NCBI GenBank assembly: GCA_016205145.1
Contig: JACQJH010000001.1
Coordinates: 195,501 to 259,500, forward strand
Direction of reading: 5' to 3'
DNA from: Candidatus Iainarchaeum sp.
GTDB lineage: Archaea; Iainarchaeota; Iainarchaeia; Iainarchaeales; JACQJH01
Length of the DNA stretch: 64,000 nucleotides
In this document: one piece after another, positions 45,704-54,716 of the stretch
How the letters are laid out: each line of letters begins with the position of its first letter
Position numbering within the stretch: position 1 is the first letter of the stretch
Translations under genes and position numbers: made by a program
Notes under the pieces: model-generated
The model's database searches: none
What the model was told of the DNA's origin: nothing
What the model saw: only the letters and a program-made list of their open reading frames with translations

Positions 45704-46786
45704 TCAGCCAAGAAAGCCCTTTGCCTTAAGCAATTCCGCGTTCAGGATTCCGCCGCCGGCAGCGCCCCTGCCCGTGTTATGCGACAATCCGACGAACCTG
45801 AAGTCGAAGACCTTGCATTCGCGCAGCCTGCCGACCGAAACAGCCATGCCTTTTTCGGCATCCCTGTCCTTGCGCGGCTGCGGCCTGTTTTCCTCGAACC
45901 TGTAAATGATGGGCTGTTTGGGCGCGAAAGGCAATTTCAATTCCTGCGGCTCCGCCTTGAAATCCTGCCAGATCTTGATTATCTGTTCCTTCGAGGGCTT
46001 CTTGTCCTTGAATTCGATGCTCACGCAAGCAGTGTGCCCGTCGATTACGGGAACGCGGTTGCAGTGCGCGGAAATTTTGATGCTCTTGTCGTAAACGAAT
46101 TTGCCGTTTTCAATCTTTCCCAGAATCTTTTCAGGCTCGCACTCCGATTTTTCCTCTTCCCCGCCGATATAGGGAACGACATTGTCAATCAGGTCAAGCG
46201 ACGGCACGCCGGGATAGCCCGCGCCTGACGCTGCCTGCATTGTAGTGATAATCATTTTGCTTGCCTTGAACCCCGCTTGCTGCAACGCATGCACCGGCGT
46301 GAGATAGCTTTGCAGGGAACAATTTGGTTTGACCGCAATGAACCCCTTCACGAATCCGCGGTTTTTCTTCTGCACCGGAATTATTTTTATGTGCTCCGCA
46401 TTGATTTCCGGAATGAGCATTGGAATGTCGTCGGTATGTCTGTGCGCGCTCGCATTCGAAACAACGGGGATGTCGTGCCTCGCATACTCTATTTCAAGCG
46501 CCTTTGTCATGTCCTTGTCCATTTCAAGCGCGGAAAAAACGAAGTCGGCGTCGCATTCCTCGACTTTGTTCGCGTCCCTTACAACAAGGCCTTTCACGTG
46601 TTTCGGAATGTCTTCCTGCATCTGCCATCTTCCCGCAACAGCTTCGGCATAGCTTTTGCCAGCCGAAGAGGGCGAGGCCGCCACGCATGACACTTCAAAC
46701 CATGGATGATTCTCCAAAAGCCTTATGTAATTCTGGCCAACCATTCCGGTTGCGCCCAAAACCCCGACCTTCAGTTTCTGCATCAA
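45704..46786 (-). CDS. asd: Aspartate-semialdehyde dehydrogenase
   Basis: NAD(P)-binding N-terminus VGVLGATGMVGQ, catalytic Cys context (SNASAHRHTD...) and length of 360 aa. Confidence 0.9.
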   Translation of the reverse strand: MMQKLKVGVLGATGMVGQNYIRLLENHPWFEVSCVAASPSSAGKSYAEAVAGRWQMQEDIPKHVKGLVVRDANKVEECDADFVFSALEMDKDMTKALEIEYARHDIPVVSNASAHRHTDDIPMLIPEINAEHIKIIPVQKKNRGFVKGFIAVKPNCSLQSYLTPVHALQQAGFKASKMIITTMQAASGAGYPGVPSLDLIDNVVPYIGGEEEKSECEPEKILGKIENGKFVYDKSIKISAHCNRVPVIDGHTACVSIEFKDKKPSKEQIIKIWQDFKAEPQELKLPFAPKQPIIYRFEENRPQPRKDRDAEKGMAVSVGRLRECKVFDFRFVGLSHNTGRGAAGGGILNAELLKAKGFLG

Positions 46787-46932
46787 AAAACACTCTCCAT
46801 GAAAACGAATTTATGCCGATTCGGCATTTTTGCCTGTCTAAAAGCAGTAAAAACTCCTCTACGAAACCCATTAAAAAACTAACTAAAAATTACGAAAAAC
46901 GTATGGACCGTTTTGCCTTAAAAAAGAAAATT

Positions 46933-47041
46933 TGCCGGTGGCGAGATATGAACTCGCGGCCTCTTGATTATGAGTTTCGCCCCGCAACACAAAAAAGCTG
47001 AATTGCAGTCAAGCGCTCTAACCAGGCTGAGCTACACCGGC
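46933..47041 (-). tRNA. tRNA-Cys(GCA) with ~34-nt intron at 37/38 (intron 46969..47002)
   Basis: The 5' exon GCCGGTGTAGCTCAGCCTGGTTAGAGCGCTTGACTGCAA and the 3' exon ATCAAGAGGCCGCGAGTTCATATCTCGCCACCGGCA give perfect acceptor and anticodon stems. The T-loop TTCATAT is slightly atypical. A TATA-like CTTTTAAAAGCC sits about 35 nt upstream. Confidence 0.6.
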
Positions 47042-47070
47042 AAACTCAATTCGGTTAGGCTATGATTTTT

Positions 47071-47081
47071 GCCTGTTAAAG
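47071..47081 (-). promoter_or_regulatory. BRE/TATA-like element upstream of tRNA-Cys
   Basis: CTTTTAAAAGCC on the minus strand, about 35 nt upstream of the tRNA-Cys 5' end. It matches the AAACCTTTAAAAG motif seen elsewhere in the window. Confidence 0.5.
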
Positions 47082-47113
47082 GCTTTTAAAAGTTGTTTTC
47101 GGCGGTTTCGGTC

Positions 47114-47848
47114 TCAGATGGTGAAAAACCCTTTTTCGCCCAGGACTTCGGCTTCCTTCGACTGTTTGGTGTAGTCGAGCCTGCTTTTCACTTCGATGTG
47201 GCCGTTGTGCAATAGCATCCTGTCCGCATAGCCTATGAACAGGCCGGTTTCAAGCACGCCCGGAATCTCCTTTGCCTGGAATTCCAAGTCTTCAAGCGAA
47301 TAAATCCTGTCGACCAGCACTTCCGTGAGATAGTTGTTCGACTCGGTTTTCGCCGGCTTTCCGTCGCGCAAAACGATGTTTGCCCTGCCGAGCTTTTCAA
47401 GCTGTGCGACCGTGCGCTTCCAGCCGAAAATGGCGATTTCAAACGGGATTTTTCCATGCAATCTTGCGACAAGGTTTTTCCTTTCAGTGATGATTATGAG
47501 CTCTGCCGCGCTCTGCGCTATCATCTTGTCCCTCACAAGCGAATGCGAGTCGCGCTTGATGAAATTGAAAAAATTGTCAGCTTGGTCGACAAACTCGACT
47601 GCAACGTCTATTTCGATGTCGTTCAGCGAAACCACTTCAAGGCCCAGTTCGGTGAGCATTCCCGCCATTTTTGCGGAAGTGGGAACGACCGAAAACGACA
47701 GCTTTTCCTCCTCCGCCTTCAATGCGACCTTTTTGAGGAAGATTTCGGCCATCTCGCTTGTGCCGAACGACAGCACTTCGCCTTTTTTTATGTACTTGTC
47801 GACAAGCAGTTCAACCAGATTTTCGCTCAAAGCCATTGTAATGCCCAT
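47114..47848 (-). CDS. rpiA: Ribose-5-phosphate isomerase A
   Basis: 244 aa with RpiA blocks (VLSFGTSEMAE ... GIEVVSLNDIEIDVAVEFVDQAD ... LETGLF). Confidence 0.85.
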   Translation of the reverse strand: MGITMALSENLVELLVDKYIKKGEVLSFGTSEMAEIFLKKVALKAEEEKLSFSVVPTSAKMAGMLTELGLEVVSLNDIEIDVAVEFVDQADNFFNFIKRDSHSLVRDKMIAQSAAELIIITERKNLVARLHGKIPFEIAIFGWKRTVAQLEKLGRANIVLRDGKPAKTESNNYLTEVLVDRIYSLEDLEFQAKEIPGVLETGLFIGYADRMLLHNGHIEVKSRLDYTKQSKEAEVLGEKGFFTI

Positions 47849-47940
47849 AATAGATTGATTCTGCTGTTTTTATTTTTTTGTCCTGCTGGCAGGGATTCCT
47901 GCGGCTTTTTTATTTTTTTTGCTGGAAAACCATTTTTCCC

Positions 47941-49056
47941 ATGATGTACCACATCATCACGACCCCGGACTGCAACCTTTGCTGCAGCTACTGTGCGGGC
48001 AAGGCCTTCGACGAGCCGGAGGACGCGAGCAACAACATGCAGTTTGAATCCCTGCCCATGAAAATCTCGTATTCGATGCAGGACCTCAATTCTTTCCTTG
48101 CCAAGGACAGGGAAAAGAAGGGCCTGATTTTTTACGGCGGCGAGCCTCTTGTAGCCCTGCAGTCAGTCAAGCAGGTAATGGATTCAGTGCAAGCCGACTA
48201 TTTCATGATGCAGACAAACGGCATTTTGCTCAACCTTTTGCCGAAAGAGTATGCAAACCGCTTTCACACAATCCTGGTTTCCATTGACGGCGGAAAGGAA
48301 AGGACTAACGCAAACAGGGGCGAGGGAACATTTGAACGCGTTGTCTCCAACCTCAAATTGCTCGGGCAAAACGGCTTCAAGGGCGAAATAATCGCGAGAA
48401 TGACTGTCGAGGAGCCCACAAACTTTTTTGACGACATCATGGCACTGCTCCACAACACTGATTTTGCGTTCTCTTCCGTTCACTGGCAGCTTGACGCAAA
48501 CATGTGGCACGATTACGAAAAAAGAAACTTCTCAAAATGGAGCAAAGCCTATAATCAAGACATTTCAAGGCTCGCGGATTACTGGCTTGCCGAGCTTGAA
48601 AAAGGAAACGTTTTGCGCCTTTATCCTTTCCTCGGCCTGCTTGACGCAATCCTCAATGGAACACAATACAATCTGCCATGCGGTTCCGGCACAGGCAACT
48701 TTTCAATCCTGACAAACGGCGAAATCAGCGCGTGCCCGATCATGGCGGGAGTGAAAGACAAATACGTTGGCAACATCCGCGATTCAAATCCGGAAGACCT
48801 GCCGTTCAAGATAACCGTCGGCGGGCCATGCGTTTCCTGCGAGGTTTTCAGCTATTGCGGAGGCAGGTGCCTTTATTCAAACATCGCAAAGCCCTGGCCG
48901 GAAAAAGGCTTCAAGGAAGTCTGCGGAACCGTAAAGCATTTGGTCAAGGAAATGCAGAGAATTCGCCCAAAAGTTAAGGCCTTGCTTGACAATGGAACAA
49001 TCGAATGGGAACAGCTTGCCTTCGTCAAATACAACAGCGCGGAAATTATCCCCTGA
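47941..49056 (+). CDS. Radical SAM protein with C-terminal SPASM/twitch domain (peptide- or protein-modifying maturase-like)
   Basis: Radical SAM core CNLCCSYC (Cx3Cx2C) near the N-terminus and a C-terminal Cys cluster CPIMAG...GGPCVSCEVFSYCGGRC, typical of SPASM domains. Confidence 0.8.
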   Translation: MMYHIITTPDCNLCCSYCAGKAFDEPEDASNNMQFESLPMKISYSMQDLNSFLAKDREKKGLIFYGGEPLVALQSVKQVMDSVQADYFMMQTNGILLNLLPKEYANRFHTILVSIDGGKERTNANRGEGTFERVVSNLKLLGQNGFKGEIIARMTVEEPTNFFDDIMALLHNTDFAFSSVHWQLDANMWHDYEKRNFSKWSKAYNQDISRLADYWLAELEKGNVLRLYPFLGLLDAILNGTQYNLPCGSGTGNFSILTNGEISACPIMAGVKDKYVGNIRDSNPEDLPFKITVGGPCVSCEVFSYCGGRCLYSNIAKPWPEKGFKEVCGTVKHLVKEMQRIRPKVKALLDNGTIEWEQLAFVKYNSAEIIP

Positions 49057-49096
49057 AAACACTGTTTTTAACTTTTTTCAAGGCAAACTTTCATTC

Positions 49097-50518
49097 ATGC
49101 AGGAAAAACAAAACGCCTTCCGCACCGAAAAGGACTCGCTCGGCGAAAAAAACGTGCCTCTTGAAGCCAATTTCGGCATTTTTACCCAGCGCGCTTTCGA
49201 AAACTTCCGGATCAGCGGCCTGAAAGCGCCGAAAGAACTGCTGAAAGCCTACATTTCAATCAAGCTGTGCGCCAGCCAAACCAACGCGCAATTGGGCGTG
49301 CTTGAAAAAGACAAGGCTGATGCCATTGTGCGGGCGTGCAGGGAACTGCTTGCAAAGCCTTTGCATGAGGATTTTCCGCTTGACGTTTTCCAGGCCGGAG
49401 CCGGAACACCCTACAACATGAACGCAAACGAAGTCATTGCGAACAAGGCAACGGAACTGCTTGGCGGAAGGAAAGGCGAATACCTAGTGCACCCGAACGA
49501 CCATGTAAACCTCTCGCAGTCAAGCAACGACGTTTCGCCGACGGCAATACGCATCGCAGCATTATGGCAACTGCAAAACCTCGACAAGAACCTGGCGCAA
49601 TTGCAGGCCGCATTTGAAGGAAAAAGCCATGACTTTGCGGATTTGCTTAAAGCGGGGAGAACGCACCTGCAGGACGCATTGCCCATAACTCTCGGCCAGG
49701 AATTCTCGGCTTTCGCAAAAGCCGTTGAAAAAAGCAGGAAACGCATCAGGCAAAGCGAGGAAAATTTGCGAATTCTTGGCATCGGAGCAACCGCGCTTGG
49801 CACCGGCTCGAACGCGCCGAAAGAATACCAGAAACTCATGGTTGAAAACCTCGCAAAAGAAACCGGCCTCGAACTCAAACCGGCCGACAACCTGTTCGAA
49901 AAAACCGCTTTTGCCTCCGATTACCTTGAAACCGCGCACGCACTATCCGAATTTGCTGTCGATTTGAACAAGATTTGCAATGATTTGCGCCTGCTATCCT
50001 CAGGCCCGAACACTGGTTTTGCGGAAATCGTTTTGCCTGGCGTGCAACCCGGCAGCAGCATAATGCCCGGCAAGGTCAATCCAAGCATATCCGAAATGGC
50101 GAACATGGTCTGCTATCAGGTGCAAGGCAACACAAAAACAATCGAACTGGCGGCAATGAACGGCGAACTGCAGTTGAACGTGTTCACGCCGGTCATCGCG
50201 CACAACCTGTTGCAGTCAATCGACATTTTGGCAAACGCCTGCTCCGCCTTGAACGAAAAATGCGTTTCCGGCATCCAGGCGAACGAAAAAAAGCTGAAAG
50301 AAAACTTCGACAAAAACCTGGCAACGGCAACGCTTCTCTCTCCGTTAATCGGCTACGCAAAGACAGCAGAGCTCGTCAAAGAAGCGCTACGCGAAAACAA
50401 AAGCCTGATTGAGATAGTGAAAGAGAAAAAACTGCTATCCGAAGAAAAGCTGTCCAAACTGCTTTCGAAAGAAGTTCTGACGATGGCTAATTTGGAAGAA
50501 TTAAATAAATTGAAGTAG
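49097..50518 (+). CDS. Class II fumarate hydratase / aspartate ammonia-lyase family enzyme
   Basis: Signature GSSIMPGKVNPS and N-terminal block EKDSLGEKNVP. I cannot separate FumC from AspA by eye. Start is the internal ATG at 49097; the track begins at 48986. Confidence 0.85.
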   Translation: MQEKQNAFRTEKDSLGEKNVPLEANFGIFTQRAFENFRISGLKAPKELLKAYISIKLCASQTNAQLGVLEKDKADAIVRACRELLAKPLHEDFPLDVFQAGAGTPYNMNANEVIANKATELLGGRKGEYLVHPNDHVNLSQSSNDVSPTAIRIAALWQLQNLDKNLAQLQAAFEGKSHDFADLLKAGRTHLQDALPITLGQEFSAFAKAVEKSRKRIRQSEENLRILGIGATALGTGSNAPKEYQKLMVENLAKETGLELKPADNLFEKTAFASDYLETAHALSEFAVDLNKICNDLRLLSSGPNTGFAEIVLPGVQPGSSIMPGKVNPSISEMANMVCYQVQGNTKTIELAAMNGELQLNVFTPVIAHNLLQSIDILANACSALNEKCVSGIQANEKKLKENFDKNLATATLLSPLIGYAKTAELVKEALRENKSLIEIVKEKKLLSEEKLSKLLSKEVLTMANLEELNKLK

Positions 50519-50538
50519 GTAACATAATTAGTGATTTA

Positions 50539-51747
50539 ATGTTCCGCTGGCTCAAAAACCTGTTCAGGCCGTCAAGAGGCCCGCACTATTTGATTGAATT
50601 CAGGTTTCATGGTTACACAAAAAAGTATCTGAAGGAAACCATTTTTGACGTCTCGAAAAAGTTCCGCGTTTCAGGCGTTACCAAAAAGCACGTTGTTCCG
50701 CATATAAGCTTGGTTGGGCCGTTTCAAACAAGAAACCAAAGAGAAGTCGTGTCCAAGTTTGTGAACGTGTCCAAAAAATATGGGCGCATAAACTTCAAGT
50801 TGTCAGGATTCCGCCACTTTGACGATCGGGTGGTTTTCGTTGATGTCGAGTCTTCCTCTGAACTGGCCAAATACCGGCAAGACCTGTTCAAAAGCTTGGA
50901 GCCAGTCATTTACACGACCGACACCGACTACCTTGAACCATTCGCGTTCCATTCTACAGTCGCCTTCAAAGACATCCAACACAAATTTGACAGGATTTTC
51001 TCCTATTTGGATAAACAAAAGCCTAAACAAATAAACCAAACCCTGCTCAGGGCCACGTTGTTAAAAGGCGGAAAAATTCTATGCGAATACGATTTCATTC
51101 AAAAAAGGCTGCTCAAACGGAAAGAGGCACTAGACAAAAAACTAATGAAAAAGACGATTGGCATATTGAAGGAAACCAAAAACGCGGACATCACAAAAAT
51201 ACCTGAATTTACGGCCAAAGAAAGCGAAGGAAAACGCACTTTTCTTATAAGCGACCTCCACTTGGACCATGCCAATATTATAAAATTCTGCAAAAGGCCA
51301 TTCAAGAATGTCGAAGAAATGAACCGCGCACTAGTTGATAATTGGAACAAAACTGTCTCTAAAAACGACACGGTTTATTTTTTGGGTGATATGGCATATG
51401 GCAAAAACAGCAGGTCGGCAAAATACTGGCTTTCCAAACTAAACGGCAAAATAGTGTTCATTGAAGGCAATCATGAGGATATTGGCAACATGAAATCATA
51501 CACGCAAATAATACTAAATTTTGGGCAAGAACGATTTCTCTTAATTCATGATCCAGCGCTCAAACCAGCCGACTGGCAAGGATGGGTTATCCACGGGCAC
51601 AAACACAACAACGATTTGTCTGGTTACCCATACATTAACAAAAAAAACAAAACAATCAACGTAAGCGCAGAATTGGTAAATTACACCCCAAAACGGTTAG
51701 ATGAGGTTTGCAAAGAAATTGGGGTGTTTGAATTCAAGATTCTTTAG
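50539..51747 (+). CDS. Fusion protein: N-terminal 2H phosphoesterase (LigT/2'-5' RNA ligase-like) + C-terminal calcineurin-like metallophosphoesterase
   Basis: Two H-x-S/T-x motifs (HISLV, HSTVA) about 85 aa apart in the N-terminal half. Metallophosphatase motifs (LISDLHLD ... GDMAYG ... GNHED ... GHKH) in the C-terminal half. Confidence 0.7.
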   Translation: MFRWLKNLFRPSRGPHYLIEFRFHGYTKKYLKETIFDVSKKFRVSGVTKKHVVPHISLVGPFQTRNQREVVSKFVNVSKKYGRINFKLSGFRHFDDRVVFVDVESSSELAKYRQDLFKSLEPVIYTTDTDYLEPFAFHSTVAFKDIQHKFDRIFSYLDKQKPKQINQTLLRATLLKGGKILCEYDFIQKRLLKRKEALDKKLMKKTIGILKETKNADITKIPEFTAKESEGKRTFLISDLHLDHANIIKFCKRPFKNVEEMNRALVDNWNKTVSKNDTVYFLGDMAYGKNSRSAKYWLSKLNGKIVFIEGNHEDIGNMKSYTQIILNFGQERFLLIHDPALKPADWQGWVIHGHKHNNDLSGYPYINKKNKTINVSAELVNYTPKRLDEVCKEIGVFEFKIL

Positions 51748-51761
51748 AAAATATCGGAGAA

Positions 51762-51992
51762 TTGGTTGAAAAGGTTTCATTTTATAAACCGCGACTTGAT
51801 TTCAATGATCGTGCACTTCTTGCAGTTGTTTCTTTTTTTGGTTGTATAATTTCTTCATTAATTTTTTTGTCTGGTATCACTTTCGGTAAACTTAATTTCT
51901 TATCTTTTGCTATGGGATTTGCATTGTTGGGGATAGGCTCATCCTTAATTCTTCTTGTTAGTTGGTTTCTTTTCAACAAAGAAAATGAATGA
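51762..51992 (+). CDS. Small hypothetical membrane protein in AT-rich segment
   Basis: 76-aa ORF with two TM helices. Local GC is markedly low over 51750..52140. Confidence 0.3.
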   Translation: MVEKVSFYKPRLDFNDRALLAVVSFFGCIISSLIFLSGITFGKLNFLSFAMGFALLGIGSSLILLVSWFLFNKENE

Positions 51993-52172
51993 TAGTTATA
52001 TGGGAATTTCTGTCTAACATTGTCAGACTTTTCCCACTAATATCATCGCCTCCATTTCGTCGAATTTTTTCTTGCGACTTGTGCGCCGCTCGGCTTAAAC
52101 CTTCGTCTGCTCGGCAAAAATTAAGCTAAAAATAGTCTTCTGGATTTGCTTTTTTTGCAGGCTTTTTTTAAA

Positions 52173-52244
52173 AGCCTCTGGCGGGAATTGAACCCGCGAC
52201 CCCGTCCTTACCAAGGACGTGCTCTACCACTGAGCCACAGAGGC
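52173..52244 (-). tRNA. tRNA-Thr(GGT)
   Basis: Minus strand GCCTCTGTGGCTCAGTGGTAGAGCACGTCCTTGGTAAGGACGGGGTCGCGGGTTCAATTCCCGCCAGAGGCT forms a canonical cloverleaf. Confidence 0.9.
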
Positions 52245-52280
52245 GATGAAAAGCCTAAATTTTCCTTCCCGCAAGCTTTT

Positions 52281-53555
52281 TTATTCCAAATCCCAAAGCT
52301 CTTTGAGCGCGTCAAGCCTGACTGTTTTCTGTTCGCCGGTTTCAAGGTTTTTGACTGCAAGCTCTTTTTTCTGCAGTTCGTCTTCGCCGGCAATAATCGC
52401 GAATTTGATACCCTGCTTGCTTGCGAATTCAAGGTTTTTTGAAATGCCCCTTCCAACCAAATCAATGTCAGTGTTCAGGCCCAGCCTTCTCATTTCCTGC
52501 ACGATTTTAAGGCATTCTTTTTGCGTTTTTCCGATCGGAATGACAAAGAATTTCACCGGGTTTTCTACGCCGAGCTTTTCTTCGACGACATCAAGGAGCC
52601 TGTCGATTCCAAAAGAAATGCCGATTGCCGGTGTAGGCGAACCGCCATAGCTTTCAATGAGATTGTCATATCGGCCGCCCCCGCCGCAGGAAATTCCCGC
52701 ACTTGAAACCTCGAAAACGTTTCCAGTGTAATATTCCAATCCGCGTGCCAGGCTAAGGTCGACTTTTACTTTTTTTGACAGGCCGTTTTCTTCAAGCAAA
52801 TCCAATAGTTCTTTGAGTTCCTTGAACCCGTCTTTTTCTTTCACGTCCTTGGGCAGGCCTTCGAAATCGTTTTTCTTGAGCGTTTCAATGATCTTGTCGG
52901 AAATGCCTTTTTGTTCCAATTCCTTCCTGACTTCTTCTTCGCCGATTTTTTCCAGTTTGTCCAGGCTCCTGAAACAGTCCTTGATTTGGCGTTCTTCCAC
53001 GCCATTCGCCTGCGCGACGGCTTCGAGCAGTTTTCTGTTATTCAGCCTTATGTAGAAATCAACGTTTATTTCTGAAAAAAATTCGGCTGCAAGCGCAATC
53101 AGTTCAAAGTCAGCGAAAACGCTTTTCACTCCGATGATGTCGGCATCCGCCTGTGTAAACTCGCGATACCTTTTTGCGCCCGGCCTGTCATACCGGTAAA
53201 CCCTTTCGATCTGGTAGCGCTTGAACGGTTTCGGCAGCTGCGGGTTTGTTGCTATGACACGTGCCAATGGAACCGTCAGGTCGAAGCGCAGGCCAAGCTC
53301 TCTCTCGGACTTGTCCTTGAAGTAGTAGATTTCTTCCTTGATTGCCTCGCCGCCAGAGCCTTTCTTTGCAAGCAAGGCGAAGTCTTCCACGACGGGCGTC
53401 TGCATTGGCTGGAAACCGTATTTTTCAAAGATGCGCCTGGCTAAACCTTCGAGGAAAAGTTTTTTGCGCGCCTGTTCGGGCAGGATGTCGCGCATTCCCC
53501 TTATCGCCTGGAATTTTTCTTCAGCCATGCAATTCACTTTCAGATTTCCTGTCAA
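52281..53555 (-). CDS. hisS: Histidyl-tRNA synthetase
   Basis: Class II aaRS motifs and HisRS-specific blocks (FQAIRGMRDILP, FKRYQIERVYRYDRP, GGGRYDNL). Confidence 0.9.
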   Translation of the reverse strand: MTGNLKVNCMAEEKFQAIRGMRDILPEQARKKLFLEGLARRIFEKYGFQPMQTPVVEDFALLAKKGSGGEAIKEEIYYFKDKSERELGLRFDLTVPLARVIATNPQLPKPFKRYQIERVYRYDRPGAKRYREFTQADADIIGVKSVFADFELIALAAEFFSEINVDFYIRLNNRKLLEAVAQANGVEERQIKDCFRSLDKLEKIGEEEVRKELEQKGISDKIIETLKKNDFEGLPKDVKEKDGFKELKELLDLLEENGLSKKVKVDLSLARGLEYYTGNVFEVSSAGISCGGGGRYDNLIESYGGSPTPAIGISFGIDRLLDVVEEKLGVENPVKFFVIPIGKTQKECLKIVQEMRRLGLNTDIDLVGRGISKNLEFASKQGIKFAIIAGEDELQKKELAVKNLETGEQKTVRLDALKELWDLE

Positions 53556-53617
53556 AATCCCATAAAAGGGCTATGGTTTATAGCCGCCCGCTTCATTCCG
53601 TGGCATTGTCCAAACTT

Positions 53618-54265
53618 TTATTCCGAACGCGCTGGCTTTCTGACGTGGAATACTCTTGTCGGATAAGTTCCCGGAATAGGTTTTGTGTTTTCCGTGATTA
53701 TTTCAAATCCTGCGGCTTTGAGTTCGCTATGCCAGGTGTTTATCTCTTTTTGTCCGCCTATTTGGATGAGCATGTTGAATTTGGCTTCCCCGCCCGGCCT
53801 GAGTATTCGGTATAATTCGGCAAAGGCTGTGCTTTTGGGCGTTGCGTGTGCTATGCCGAAATGCGAGTAAACAAAGTCGAAGTAATTGTCTGGGCGGCGC
53901 GTGTTGTGCGCGTGCGCAACATGCCATAAAACGTTTTCTTGTCCGCGCCATTCCGGGGCGCGCTTTAAGCTGAGGCCATGTGCTTCCATTTCGGGGTATT
54001 CTCTGGCAAGTTGCATGATGCTTGTTCCTTCTTTACAGCCTAAATCAAGGACCCTGATTTTTCTGTCAGGCGTTGCTTGGTGAATCCTTCTTATGTCCTC
54101 GATATTAAACCCCAGATTTTGGTAAATTGTTGGCAGGCCGGTTTTGCTCACCGACCACCTGCACAGGGGCCTGTTTCCTTCGTAAAGTTTGATTATGTCT
54201 CTGAGTCTTCGGCCCACTTTTGCCCTATCTTCAGGGGATTCGGGTTTTCTATGGCCCGGTTCCAA
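53618..54265 (-). CDS. Class I SAM-dependent methyltransferase (Methyltransf_11-like)
   Basis: Motif I VLDLGCKEGTS and motif II/III spacing in a 215-aa protein. Confidence 0.75.
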   Translation of the reverse strand: MEPGHRKPESPEDRAKVGRRLRDIIKLYEGNRPLCRWSVSKTGLPTIYQNLGFNIEDIRRIHQATPDRKIRVLDLGCKEGTSIMQLAREYPEMEAHGLSLKRAPEWRGQENVLWHVAHAHNTRRPDNYFDFVYSHFGIAHATPKSTAFAELYRILRPGGEAKFNMLIQIGGQKEINTWHSELKAAGFEIITENTKPIPGTYPTRVFHVRKPARSE

Positions 54266-54333
54266 AAAGACACCTCATTCCAAATCCCACCGCTCTTTTA
54301 GTTCGTCGAGTTTGACTGTTTTTTGTTCGCCAT

Positions 54334-54716
54334 TTACTTTTTTGCTTTTTTTGCCTCATTCATTTTCGCTTTTGCTTTAAGGATTTGCCCTATCTCCGCG
54401 GCCGGCGCTTTTTGGTCGAACCTGATTTGAATGGTTTTTTTTCCGGTCACATAACCTTTTTCTTCGAGCGCTTTGCGGTCTTTACTTTGAAGCGCGAACG
54501 CCAGGCCGAAGCCGGCGTGGCTCTTGAATGCGGCAAACCCGGCAAGAAGGCCCTGGTATTTGTAGAATGGCACGCCCCAGCTGATGCTTTCCTCCGCCTT
54601 TGGCACGGCTGATTTGATTATTTTCCTGATTTCCTTGAGCGTCGGCTGCGCTTCTATGCCTGCGCCGGCAATGTACTCGTCGACGTTTTTTGCGCTGTAA
54701 TTTTTCACTATTCCAC
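54334..54716 (-). CDS. DUF1801 (YdhG/YjbR-like) domain protein
   Basis: C-terminal 125 aa of track ORF 54334..54993 ([16 protein letters not shown]...[28 protein letters not shown]). The upstream part of that ORF overlaps hisG in another frame. The likely start is a GTG near 54716. Confidence 0.5.
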
